Source: Octopus vulgaris
Lineage: Eukaryota
Direction of reading: 5' to 3'
Length of the DNA stretch: 64,000 nucleotides
Assembly (NCBI GenBank): GCA_951406725.2
Contig: OX597832.1
Coordinates: 54,994,001 to 55,058,000 of the forward strand
Position numbers and translations under genes: made by a program. Shown in pieces: positions 1 to 13,552 of the stretch. The notes beneath the pieces are model-generated. The model was not told the DNA's origin and did no database searches. It saw only the letters and a program-made list of their open reading frames with translations. Numbering within the stretch: position 1 is the first letter of the stretch; the number at the start of each line of letters is the position of its first letter.

Positions 1-79
1 AAATTATTTTAGCATTTTCTATCTTGACTTTTTTCCATATATATGTATATATATATGTATATATATATGTGTGTATATA

Positions 80-143
<64 letters not shown>

Positions 144-180
144 ATAACAAAAAAAGATATTATTATATATATATATATAT

Positions 181-241
181 TATGAAGGAGCTTCTACAGG
201 ACTAGAACTGTTTCATTTAAATGAAATCATCAGGAAGCTTC

Positions 242-244
<3 letters not shown>
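181..244 (-). ncRNA. Minimal type I hammerhead ribozyme motif between two (TA)n tracts
   Basis: Minus strand reads AGCUUC-CUGAUGA-UUUCAUUUAAAU-GAAA-CAG-uucuaguc-CUG-UA^GAAGCU. Core intact (227-233), stem I 6 bp, stem III 4 bp, GUA site at 197-195, stem II rudimentary. Confidence 0.7.
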
Positions 245-272
<28 letters not shown>

Positions 273-773
273 CTTACATATGTTGATATATAAATATATT
301 TATGCATGTAAATATGGATGGATATGTGCATATATATATATATATATGTATGTATGTATGCATGTATGTATGTATGTATGTATGCATGCATGTATGTATG
401 TATGTATGCATGCATGCATGCATGTATGTATGTATGTATGTATGTATATATGAATGTATGTATGCATGCATGTATGTATGCATGTATGTTTGTATGTATG
501 TATGTATGCATGTACACCAAAGTAACGCACTCGCGCAGAAACACACGCTCACATAAACACACACACGTACGCCACACACACATACATACACACACACACA
601 CATACATACACTGTTACATACATATGGGAGTTTGGCCGGATATGCAATCAATTCACTTGTGCACATGCGTTGAAGACAAAAACAAATAAAATAAAATAAA
701 ATCCCCCAAAACCCGGAAGTCCGAACAGAAACTAAATTGTCTTAATTACGCAGCGCATATACATATATATATA

Positions 774-846
<73 letters not shown>

Positions 847-930
847 GTATGTATTTATGTATGTATGTATGTATGTATGTATGTATGTATGTATGTATGT
901 ATGTATGTATGTATGTATGTATGTATGTAC
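244..930. repeat. Compound (TA)n/(TATG)n/(CA)n microsatellites
   Basis: Directly visible; source of the YIHT/MYVC ORFs. Confidence 0.95.
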
Positions 931-1348
931 TTAAGTGTATATGTGTCTCTGTCTTGAGTAAGACTGTGTGATTGTGTACGAACATCTGCCGCAGTATTCC
1001 CTCTTGGCTTTCCTATGACACAATTTATTGCTAGTATCTTCCATTCGCTTCTCGTTGATGATCGCCGAGGAGGTTTGTCTGTATCTCCTTGCTAATATTA
1101 CATATGTAACTATATAACTGTATGACTATATGCAACTATGACACAGCGTTTCTTAAAGTTCATTCGCGCTCTCTTATTTCACATTCATTTCACATATCTT
1201 CCATGTTTATTGCTTCCTTTCTCTTATATTTTAATTTGCTGTCCTGGAGATTGCATTAATATTTATAAGATTCTTCGTTCATTATTCACAGATATCCGCT
1301 TGTCTTGTGATATTACATGTGTGCGCATGTGTGAGTGTATATGTGAGC

Positions 1349-1417
<69 letters not shown>

Positions 1418-2132
1418 CACACATACATACATATATACATATATCGTATATATATATATATATATAGATGAATATATGTATACAAATATATATATATATG
1501 TATGGATGTGTGTGCATATAGTCACAACAATATATGCGTGCGCATATATACACATATACGTAAATACATATTTGTACACATATAATTGAATTTATATGTG
1601 TACAAATATATATATATGTGTATTTATATATTTACATAGATATATTTGTGAATATATATATATTTATTAATTTATTTGTATATATATATGTGTGTTTGTG
1701 TGTATGCATGTATGTATGTATGTATGTATATACATATATATTCTTACGTGTATATACAGATGAATATATATATACACGCATGCATACATATATACCTACA
1801 TAGATACACAGATACATACAAATACGCAAACGTATATGTGTGTGTGTGTCTGTGTGCGTACGTATAACTGTGTGTTTGTCTATGTTCGTGTGCGTGCATG
1901 CGCGTTTAAATTTGCGTGTATATGCGCGCAGATATATATCCACGTGTGTGTGTGTATATATGTGTATGTATGTGTGTGTTATATAAACAACTGTCGTACG
2001 CTACTAATATCGTATGATATCCGTTGTGACAGTGGATGATGTCATTCTGGACCTTCTAAACAAGAATCGGTATAACCATAGAAAATTTAGCTAACTTCCT
2101 GAAGATGGACGCAGGCATAGCTGTGTAGCTCA

Positions 2133-2735
2133 TGGCGAGCTGGCAGAATCGTTAACACGCCGGGCGAAATGCGTAGCCGTATTTTGTCTGCCGTTACGTT
2201 CTTAGTTCAAATTCCGCCGAGGTCGACTTTGCCTTTCATCGTTTCGGAGTCGACTAAATAAGTACCATTTACGCACTGTGGTCGATATAATCGACTTAAT
2301 CTGTTTGTCTGTCCTTGTTTTTCCTGTCTGTGTTTATCCCCTTGTGGGTAGTAAAGAAATAGGTATTTCGTCTGCCGTTACGTTCTGAGTTCAAATTCCG
2401 CCAAGGTCGACTTTGCCTTTCATCCTTTTGGGGTCGATTAAATAAGTACCAGTCACGCACTTAAGTCGATATAATCGACTTAATCTGTTTGTCTGTCCTT
2501 GTTTGTCCTATCTGTATTTAGCCCCTTGTGGGTAGTAAAGAAATAGGTATTTCTTTTATCTGTCCTTTCGTTCTGAGTTCAAATTCTGCCGAGGTCGTCT
2601 TTGCCTTTCATCCTTTCGGGGTCGATTAAATAAGTACCAGTTACGCACTGGGGTCGATATAATCGATTTAATCCCTTTGTCGGTTCTTGTTTGTCCTCTT
2701 TGTGTTTAGCCCCTTGTGGATAGTAAAGAAATAAG
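2133..2735 (+). mobile_element. SINE family 2 (tRNA-like head GGCGAGCTGGCAGAATCGTTA; body GTCGACTTTGCCTTTCATCCTTTCGGGGTCGAT), one head plus three tandem bodies
   Basis: Body repeated three times at about 185 bp spacing; many copies elsewhere in the window; B-box-like GAGTTCAAATTCC. Confidence 0.9.
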
Positions 2736-2845
2736 AACTATATACATACGCATATGAAAGAGAGGGCGGGGGTATATGCATGCATGTTTATGTGAGAGAG
2801 AGTGCGAGGGGGTGTATGCACGCATGCATATGCCTTTATTTTTAT

Positions 2846-2930
2846 GCAATACGCCCGTTTCAAGCGGCTCCATTTAATCGATCAATGTAGGCATTGCATC
2901 ATTTGGAAGAAACCGCTCTCTTCAGATGAC
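2846..2930 (-). ncRNA. Hammerhead ribozyme motif with long stem II and defective stem I
   Basis: Minus strand: CUGAAGA (2925-2919), GAGCGGUUUC/GGAGCCGCUU 10-bp stem II, GAAA-CG-gg-CG-UA^. The 3' strand of stem I (UUGCA) pairs poorly with GUCAU. Confidence 0.5.
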
Positions 2931-3308
2931 TATTACCTCCGCATGTACTCCATTATACATTTGCTATACTTGTAATTTAATTACCTCTTACATTCGATTC
3001 CATATTTTCAATATCTTATACTTATCCACCTGTAATGAAGATAATAACCATTGCTTTGATTTAATATGTACTATGTACTCCTACTCAGATGATAATTTGA
3101 TTTATTTATAAATTCATTGTGGAAGGGTTTTCAGCTTGATAAATGGCTATAAGAATGACCGCTAAGTAAGGGGAGGAAGTAAAGGTAAGGGAGTAAGAAT
3201 GTTCATAGTAATCGCGTAAGTAATAGCTTTATTCTTTTGTCTTAATAACAGTCAATCACACAGTAATTTCCCTTTGTTTTAACGGTTATTTTCATAGCAT
3301 TTTTTCGA

Positions 3309-3382
3309 TGGCCCGATAACTGAAGAGATGCCGGCGTGGGTTTCCGCCCGGACATCCGAAATTCGGAGTTTTATCATGGCTA
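3309..3382 (+). ncRNA. Type I hammerhead ribozyme motif
   Basis: GAUAA-CUGAAGA(3320-3326)-GAUGCCGG...CCGGACAUCC-GAAA(3358-3361)-UUCGGA-GUU^UUAUC. Stem I GAUAA/UUAUC, extended by UGGCC/GGCUA. Predicted cleavage after 3370. Confidence 0.75.
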
Positions 3383-3468
3383 CCGTATAATTGCCATATA
3401 TTATAATTACAGATAAATTCCTCTATTTACATAATATCGAGTCTCTTTCATTCTTTTGTTGTCTCGCC

Positions 3469-3499
<31 letters not shown>

Positions 3500-3765
3500 C
3501 GTACATACATACATACATACATACATACATACATACATACATACATACATACATACATACATACATACATACACACATATGTATATTCTTTTTCTTGCAG
3601 ATACTAGAGAGAACCAAAATGCTATCAAGAATTATCACAATTTTACTAGCATGTACACGTAAACATACATGTATATACGTGCGTGTGCGTGTGTATGTGT
3701 GTGTGTATGTATGTGTATGTGTGTGCATGTGCGTATAGAGATGTATTTATAGATGCATATATATG

Positions 3766-3817
<52 letters not shown>

Positions 3818-3821
<4 letters not shown>

Positions 3822-4140
3822 TGTCTTGTTTTCACTGTCCTGTTCTTGTTACCACTTTCACCTTCCGCAAAAAAATCCCAAATTTTATTTAATTTGCTTT
3901 GCGGGAAGGACTGTTTCAACGAAGTCGCGTCTTGTCCTTCGAAACGCGGAGTAGAGGGAACAGGGACAACTGATGAAGGGGAATATTCTTTATGTTGTAT
4001 GTCCCGTTTCTCTGTTTGTCTTTTTCGTTGTTCGAAAAACGCTTCGTTTTCTGTTTTTGTTTTTATGTCTTCGTTTCTCATTGTGTTCAACGAGTTTTTG
4101 ATGTCCTGTACCCATATATGCATGTATATATACATATATA
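3818..4140 (+). mobile_element. Family A non-coding repeat (permuted-hammerhead element), copy 1, within (TA)n
   Basis: Shares CCGCAAAAAATCCCAAATTTTATTTAATTTGCTTTGCGGGAAGG...GGGACAACTGATGAAGGGG and a T-rich tail with copies at 18.8, 21.5 and 26.3 kb. Confidence 0.85.
3925..3981 (+). ncRNA. Non-circularly permuted hammerhead motif (family A copy 1)
   Basis: UCGCGUC^UUGUCC-UUC-GAAACGCGG...AGGGACAA-CUGAUGA-AGGGG. Confidence 0.65.
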
Positions 4141-4176
4141 TGTAGGTATGTACATATATGTATGTATATATGCATA

Positions 4177-4253
<77 letters not shown>

Positions 4254-4322
4254 ATATACATATATACACATATCTATATATCTATTTTTTCTGCTTGATC
4301 GCTCTCTCCATATACATATATA

Positions 4323-4374
<52 letters not shown>

Positions 4375-4503
4375 ATCATATCATGTGTGTGTATGTGTGT
4401 ATGTGCGCAAGCGCGCAAGTGTATCTAGTATTCTATTAAAACTAAAGCTGAAAGTTTTTCTCGTACATGAGTTTCATTACTACGATCTTCAGGCGAAAAT
4501 TGT

Positions 4504-4536
<33 letters not shown>

Positions 4537-5282
4537 CACATATATGTGTGTGCATATGTACGTGCGTGTGTGTATATATATGTGTGTGTGTATGTGTATG
4601 TGTGTGGATATACATATAATCACACACACACACACATACTAACATTGGTAAATATAGGAAGCAAAACATCTACAAGCGTTTGTCTTGTGTGTTTTCCTGC
4701 TTCCTACAACCACCGTTTTATTATGTGACTCGTGTTAACATCCACAGCTAGGCCAACACCTCCTCCTCCTCCGTCTCGCCCCCCCCACCCCCCGCCACTC
4801 CGCCCTCCTTATCAATGTTCCTTCTTACAAAACGGCTCACAAAACATTACAATAATGGATTTTTATTAAAATTAGTTACTACTTGTCTCCGCTTCTTCTT
4901 CGCTCTGTCCTCCTGTTACGCTTTTTTTTTTCTCGCTGTCATCGTCGTCATCGTCGTTCCATTGTCGTTGTTGTTGTTGCTTTTGTTGTCCTTGCTATTT
5001 GTTTTTATTTATTGTTTATTTCTTTTAGATGTTTTCTTGTGTTTTTTTGTTGTTTTTATTTTGCTTTTTCGTTTAGTTGTCTGGTGTTTTTTGTTTTTGT
5101 TTTTGGTTTTTTTCTTCTCTTTTTGCCGCTTTCTTTCTTTCTAGTTTTTTGTCGCTGATGTTGTTGTTATTGCTGCAGTTGTCATCCCCGTTGTTGTTGT
5201 TGCTGTTGTTGTTGTTGTTGTTGTTGTCGACGTCATCGTTGCCGTTGTCATCGTTGCTCCTCGCGTCCTGATCGTTGTTCTT

Positions 5283-5505
5283 ATTACTCTTTTTACTCTT
5301 TTACTTGTTTCACTCATTTGACTGCGGCCATGCTGGAGCACCGCCTTTAGTCGATCGACCAAATCGACCCCAGGACTTATTCTTTGTAAGCCTAGCTACT
5401 TATTCCATCGGTCTCTTTTGCCGAACCGCTAAGTTACGTAAACACACCAGCATCGGCTGTCAAGCGATGTGGGGGGGGGGGCAAACACAGACACACAAAC
5501 ACACA

Positions 5506-5577
<72 letters not shown>

Positions 5578-5733
5578 TACGACAGGCTTCTTTCAATTTC
5601 CGTCTACCAAATCCACTCGCAAGGCTTTGGTCGGCCTGAGTCTATAGTAGAAGACACTTGCCCAAGGTGCCGCGCACTGGGACTGAACCCGGAACCATGT
5701 GGTTCTTAAGCAAGCTACTTACCACACAGCCAC
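5283..5733 (-). mobile_element. SINE family 1 (tRNA-like head, CORE-like ACCTTGGGCAAGT, internal TA/TG tract, GTAAAAGA tail)
   Basis: Reverse complement of the family consensus seen at 7470, 28610 and 41066. Confidence 0.9.
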
Positions 5734-5734
5734 A

Positions 5735-6547
<813 letters not shown>

Positions 6548-7049
6548 TCCTATCAATTTTTTTTTGTTCCTCCATTTTCTTGTCATATTCGTCGCTTTCA
6601 TTTTTTCGTTCATGTCATTTTTTTTTTTTTTTTGTCGCTGTAATTAACCCTTTTATTATACTTCCATGTCAATATAACAAGAATCATTCCAATATCTCCT
6701 CATTTACCTTCGGTTTATTGATCCAAACTTTGGTGTCTTCTATCTTTATCGATATCGATTTCTATCTCATCGATTATTTCATTCTACTTCATTTTTTTTC
6801 CTTTCACCCTCTCTGTTGCCTGCCTGGTCTTTCCGTTTCTCTCAACATTTTCCTGCATTAATCCATTCTATTTCGATGTATTCTCTAAGACAGTGATTTT
6901 CATCCAATTTTTATTTATTTATCCAATTATTTATTTATTAATATATTTATTTATTTATTTCTACCGCTGAACCGTCTTTGATTCCTATTTTACAAACTTC
7001 CATGTTTATAAAATCCTAATTATACATTTATAATTAAATATCATTAACC

Positions 7050-7442
7050 AGGCGTGGCTGTGCGATAAGAAGCTAGCTTCCCAACCACATGGTTCCGGGT
7101 TCAGTCCCACTGCGTGACACATTGGGCAGGTGTCCTCTACTATAGCCTCGAGCCGAGCAAAGCCTTGACAGTGGATTTGGTAGACGGAAACTGAAAGAAG
7201 CCCGTCGTATATATACGTGTGTTTGTGTGAGTTTGTGTTTGCTCCATCATCGCTTGACAACCGATGTTGGTGTATTTACATTCTCGTAACATCAGTAGTT
7301 CTGCAAAAGAGACCGATAGAGTAAGTACTAAGATTTAATCAATATAAGTACTTGAATCGATACATTCTACTAAGAATTCTTCAAGACGGTGCCCCAGCAT
7401 GGCCGCTGTCAATTGATTGAAACCAGTAAAAGATAAAAGAGA
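7050..7442 (+). mobile_element. SINE family 1, diverged copy
   Basis: GGCGTGGCTGTG...CACATGGTTCCGGGTTCAGTCCCAC...CCAGCATGGCCG...GTAAAAGA. Confidence 0.85.
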
Positions 7443-7469
7443 ATTGTATTAAAAAAATTGTTAAAATAT

Positions 7470-7846
7470 AGGAGTGACTGTGTGGTAAGTAGCTAGCTTA
7501 CCAACCACATGGTTCCGGGTTCAGTCCCACTCCGTGGCACCTTGGGCAAGTGTCTTTTACTCTAGCCTCGGGCCGACCAAAGCTTTGTGAGTGGACTTGG
7601 TAGACAGAAACTGAAAGAAGCCCGTCGTGTGTATATATATATACAGAACGCCATGTTGGATCGTTAGCCCCTACACGCAATTTTTTTTCTCTCCTTGTTT
7701 CTTTTCCGTGTATCTTTCTGTCGAAGAGCGTAGGCTTGAAACGTAAAAGACTTGTTTTATTTCTATTCCCGAGCGCCATACTAATACATTGTTTGTTTGT
7801 ACTCCACCTGCCTTCGTCTTTTGTTTATTTTCGTATACCTTCCCGT

Positions 7847-7893
<47 letters not shown>

Positions 7894-8061
7894 ATATGTT
7901 TGTGTGTCTGTGCTTGTCCCCCCAACATCGCTTGACAACCGATGCTGGTGTGTTTACGTCCCCGTAACTTAGCGATTCGGCAAAAGTGACCGATAGAATA
8001 AGTACTAGGCTTACAAAGAATAAGTCCGGGGGTCGATTTGCTCGTCGTATATATGTATATA

Positions 8062-8124
<63 letters not shown>

Positions 8125-8345
8125 ATGTGTGTGTGTGTATATGTTTGTGTGTCTGTGTTTATCCCCCCAACATCGCTTGGCAACCGATGCTGTTTGCGTT
8201 CCCGTAACTTAATATTGCGGCACACGCAAACAATTCAATAAGTACTGGGATCTTTGAAATATAAATCCTGGGGTCGATTCGTTCGCCTAAATCCCTTCAA
8301 GGCGATTCCCCAGCATGGCCGTAGTCGGTTGCCTGAAACAAGTAA
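7470..8345 (+). mobile_element. SINE family 1 copy with a nested insertion in its TA tract and a duplicated 3' part
   Basis: Head 7470-7630, insert 7645-7847, body resumes at about 7890, second partial body 8045-8345. Confidence 0.85.
7645..7847 (+). mobile_element. Short Penelope-like-derived insert carrying a mini-hammerhead variant (7713-7750)
   Basis: UCUUU-CUGUCGA-A-GAGC-guag-GCUU-GAAA-CG-UA^AAAGA; related copy at 54170-54370 (-). Confidence 0.55.
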
Positions 8346-8364
8346 GAGACAGGAGATATAATAT

Positions 8365-8550
8365 AACGATAAATGGAGACTTCTGGGGATGTGGAATGGA
8401 AGGGAGGTACACCAAAAACTAGAATGACGCAGAATATTCATAAGCGACGTGAAAGAGGTCAATAATCACGTGAACGGACTTAAAGAAAACTGCAGCCAAT
8501 AGAAACAAATGGTATGGACTTGCTGCCCACTGTACTGGGACTGGTGAATG
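8365..8550 (+). mobile_element. Degenerate RTE-clade LINE 3' fragment
   Basis: Translates ..TDLKKTAANRNKWYGLAA.., similar to the 17.2 kb fragment and to RTE ORF2 C-termini. Confidence 0.4.
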
Positions 8551-9116
8551 ATATGTATTAAAAAATAGTGTTTAGTTATTAGATTTTAAAAGATTCAGAA
8601 CCAAAAAATAAAAAACAGAAAGAAAATTCGTCAAAGACGGAATTTTCTATAAATAGGTTATTAAAATTTTTTTTTTAAATTGAAGCTCGCAGTACAGTTT
8701 TTGAAAAATGTCAAAACAGAGTTGAATTTAAAGCAATTAAGTAACTGTTTTAAAAGAGAACATTAAAATTATCTGATAATTAATACGTTGTTCATAGAGA
8801 AATGAACTCGAGAAAAAAAGAACATAAGAAAGTTCTAGAATAAACAGAAGGTTTGTAAAATAAAATTATAAAAAACTGGAATTAGTTTCACAAATAATAC
8901 AATCATATATGGACTAAATGTTAATCATATCATCGATTAGTTACTTCGGGGGAAATTTTTATTTTTTTATTTATTTATTTATTTTATTTATTTATTTATT
9001 TATTTTATTTATTTATTTATTTATTTTGGTGTTTGATAGAATGAATGTTCGCAAAAGGAAAAGGGTAGCAGGTGGGTTGCCGGGATGGGTATGTTTAGGG
9101 GTGGTAGGTGTAGAGG

Positions 9117-9445
9117 TAAGGTAGGTAAGGTTGGTAGGTAGGTAGGTAGGTAGGTAGGTAGGTAGGTAGGTAGGTAGGTATGTAGGCTGGTAGGTAGGTA
9201 GGTAGGTAGGTAGGTAGGTATGTAGGTAGGTAGGTAGGTAGGTAGGCAGGTAGGTAGGTAGGTAGGTAGGTAGGTAGGTAGGCAGGTAGGTACGAAGGTA
9301 GGTAGGTAGGTAGGTAGGCAGGTAGGTAGGTAGGTAGGTAGGCAGGTAGGTAGGTAGGTAGGTAGGCTGGTAGGTAGGTAGGTAGGTAGGTAGGTAGGTA
9401 GGTAGGCAGGCAGGCAGGCAGGTAGGTAGGAAGGTAGGTAGGTAA
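9117..9445. repeat. (GGTA)n microsatellite
   Basis: Visible directly. Confidence 0.95.
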
Positions 9446-9617
9446 GTTTCCAATCGGATTTTGAATATAGAGAAATATTAAAGCTACTTATTATGTAAAA
9501 GAATAACGAAAAAAATATCATTATCATTATTGTAGTTGATGATGTTATTGTTGCTATTATTCTTATCGTTTTCATTATTGTTATTATCATTGTAGTTGTT
9601 GTTGTTGTTGTTGTTGT

Positions 9618-9672
<55 letters not shown>

Positions 9673-10230
9673 AACGATGATGATGACGGTGATGATGATG
9701 ACGAAGATGATGATGATGATGATGATGATATTTTTATTATTCTTTATTGTTTTGTTTTCTGTTGGAGCTCAACCGCAAAAATACAAGAACACAATGTATT
9801 GTTATTGATTATAAGGAAACTTGCAAGAACGAAATGAGAGGAGAGGAACGTGGAGGGATAGGGGAAAAAATAAAATAAAATAAAATAAAATAACGACGAC
9901 AACAGCAAAAACAACAACAGCAGCAGCAGCAGCAGCAACAACGACAACAACAACAGAACATTACACGTAAATTATAAATAAAATAGTAAAAAAAAAAAGG
10001 AGAAAAATAAGCAGAAAAATAGCCTAGGAAACAATGAAAGGATAACAAGAGGAGTTCAAACATAACCGTTGTATTAATGTTTGTTATTTACGATCGTCGT
10101 TGTTTTGCTGTTTCTTCAATTTCTACGCACGAACAAGAAGTTAGCGAGGAAAACGATGTTTGAGGCACGTCTGGATTCGACATATTAACGTGTAATGAAG
10201 TTGTTTGCAAGTTTGGGAGAGAGAGAGAGA

Positions 10231-10265
<35 letters not shown>

Positions 10266-10430
10266 TGTGTGTGTGTATGTGTGTGTGTGGGTGTGGGTGT
10301 GTGTATGTGTGTGTGTGTGTGTATGTGTGTGTATGTGTGTGTGTGTATGTGTGTGTGAGAGAGAGAGGGAGAGAGAGAGAAGAAATAACAATATTGAAAC
10401 CAACAACGGCAACTACTATTACTACTACTA

Positions 10431-10484
<54 letters not shown>

Positions 10485-10520
10485 CTGCTGCTGCTGCTAC
10501 TGCTATTACTACAACAATAA

Positions 10521-10905
10521 CGGCGGCGAGCTGGCAGAAACATTAGCACGCCGGGCGATATGCTTTGCGGTATTTCGTCTGCCGTTACGTTCTGAGTTAA
10601 AATTCCGCCGAGGACGACATTGCCTATCATCCTTTCGGGGTCGATTAAATAAGCACTTGGGTCGATATGATCGACTTAATTCGTTTGTCTGTCCTTGTTT
10701 GTCCCTTCTGTATTTAGCTCCTTGTGGGTAGTAAAGAAATAGGTATTTCGTCTGCCGCTACGTTCTGAGTTCAAATTCCACCGAGGTCGACTTTGCCTTT
10801 CATCCTTTCGGGGTGGATTAAATAAGTACCAGTTACGCACTGGGGTCGATATAATCGACTTAATCCGTTTGTCTGTCTTTGTTTGTTCTCTCTGTGTTTA
10901 GCCTC
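10521..10905 (+). mobile_element. SINE family 2, head plus two bodies
   Basis: Same consensus as 2133-2735. Confidence 0.9.
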
Positions 10906-11015
10906 TGTGCGAGTGTGTGTGTGTCCGTGCGTATGTGTATGTGTGTGAATGTAAACTTCAACGTATTTTTGTGTTTTATATATGTATATATATGTATGTG
11001 TGTGTTTGTGTGTGC

Positions 11016-11389
<374 letters not shown>

Positions 11390-11682
11390 TACCGCTGTTT
11401 GAACTGTCTAATACTTTTTATCTGCCGCTGTATCTTATTTAGAAATAACTCTCTCACCGCTCGGTGTCTCTCACTGGAGAAATAAATAACTTTCTAACTG
11501 CCAGCTATTTCAAACATTTGTCCACCTGAGCATACAGTCTTATCCAGTCTACAGCTCCACAATACATTGCCATCTTGACACACACACACACGCATACACA
11601 CTCACACACGCACACACGCACACGCACGCACACACACTCACACACACACGCACACACTTAAACACATACATGCATACATACA

Positions 11683-11714
<32 letters not shown>

Positions 11715-12048
11715 CATATATGAGTGTAGGTGTGTGTGCCTATGTGTGAATGCATGTATGCGTGCATGCATATATATATATATACATACATACAATAAAG
11801 ACATATATATATATACAGATAGACAGACAGACAGGCATACGGATAGACAGATACATACATACATACACACATATATACATGTGTTTATATATATTTATAT
11901 GTATGTGTGTGTGTTTGTGTATGTATGTATATATATATATATATATATACACATATATACATACATACATTCACAAACACACACTTATATATATATCTAT
12001 GTATATGTGTGTGTATGTATATATATACATACATACATACATACATAC

Positions 12049-12079
<31 letters not shown>

Positions 12080-12621
12080 CATGTATGTATGTATGTATGT
12101 ATGTATGTATGTATGTATGTATGTATGTATGTATGTATGAGTGTATGTATGTATAGTTATGCGGATGTGTTTACATTTATATATGTATGTGTGTGTTTAC
12201 ATATATGTGTGCGCATGTGTGTGTGTGAGAGAGAGAGAGAGGGAGAGAGAGAGACTGTGTGCACAACGTGTTTCTGCACGGAGTCTTTCTACTAAATTCT
12301 ATCACAAAGCGTTCGCCAAAAAGGAAAAGAAACGAAGTGGTTACTCTGAGTGTGGAATCCAGAATAGGACGGCGCTGATTACCCACCGCCTCCCAAGCAG
12401 TACCAACACATCTATTTACGAGGCTGGAATTGAGGACGAAACTGGAGGAGTGCCAGACCTTCGCAGTGGAGAGGGGAGGGCGGGGAACAAATAAAAGGGA
12501 TAAGAATTAAAACAAAAACAAAAAACAGAACAAAAGAAAAAAAAAGGACAGAAACAAAATGGTCAAACATAAAAGGTCTTGATGCTGCAAAAGTGTCTCT
12601 GACGCGCAGGCTGGTCGTAAC

Positions 12622-12804
12622 AATGATGATGATGACGATGATGATGATGATGCTGATGATGATGGTGGTGGTGGTGGTGGTGGTGGTGGTGGTGGTGGTG
12701 GTGGTGGTAGTGGTGTTGATGGTGGTGGTGGTGGTGGTGGTGGTGGTAGTGGTGGTGATGGTAATGATGATGATGATGACGACGTCGATGACGATGATGA
12801 TGAC

Positions 12805-12870
<66 letters not shown>

Positions 12871-13012
12871 AACGATGATGATGACGATGAGGATAACGAT
12901 GATGATGATTATGACAATGTTGGTGATGATGATGATGATGATGACGATGATGGTGATGATGATGATTTCAATGTTAATGACGATGACGATGTTCATGATG
13001 ATGATGATGATA
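12622..13012. repeat. (GAT)n/(GGT)n microsatellite
   Basis: Visible directly. Confidence 0.95.
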
Positions 13013-13054
13013 ATAAATACTACGTGCTTAAATTTTATATAGCATATCTTTTGC

Positions 13055-13552
13055 CTTTTCCTTGTTTCAGTCACAAGGCTGCGGCCATGCTGGTGTTACC
13101 GCCTTGAAGAATTTTTAATTGAATGAATGGATTCCAGTACTTATTTTATTTTTTATTTTTATTTTATTTGTTTATTTATTTATTTTTGAAGTCTGGTACC
13201 TATTCTATCGTTCGCATTTGCCAAACCGATAATTTACGTGGGCGAAAACACGCCAACACCGGTTGTTAAGCTGTGGCGGAGGATAAACACAAAGACACAT
13301 GCACACACGCGCACACACGCACACACACACACGTACACACACACACTCATACAAACAAACATACACATATATGACTATATACATACACATGGCGGGCTTC
13401 TTTGAGTTTCTATATATCAAATCCACCCATAAGGTTTTGATAGGTCCGAGGCTAGTCGAAGACACTTGCGCAAGGTGCTTCGCAGTGGGAATGAACCCGC
13501 AATCATGTGGTTGGGAAGTAAGCTTCTTGCCACAAAGCCACGCCGGTGCCTA
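13055..13552 (-). mobile_element. SINE family 1, diverged copy
   Basis: Family consensus on the minus strand. Confidence 0.85.
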
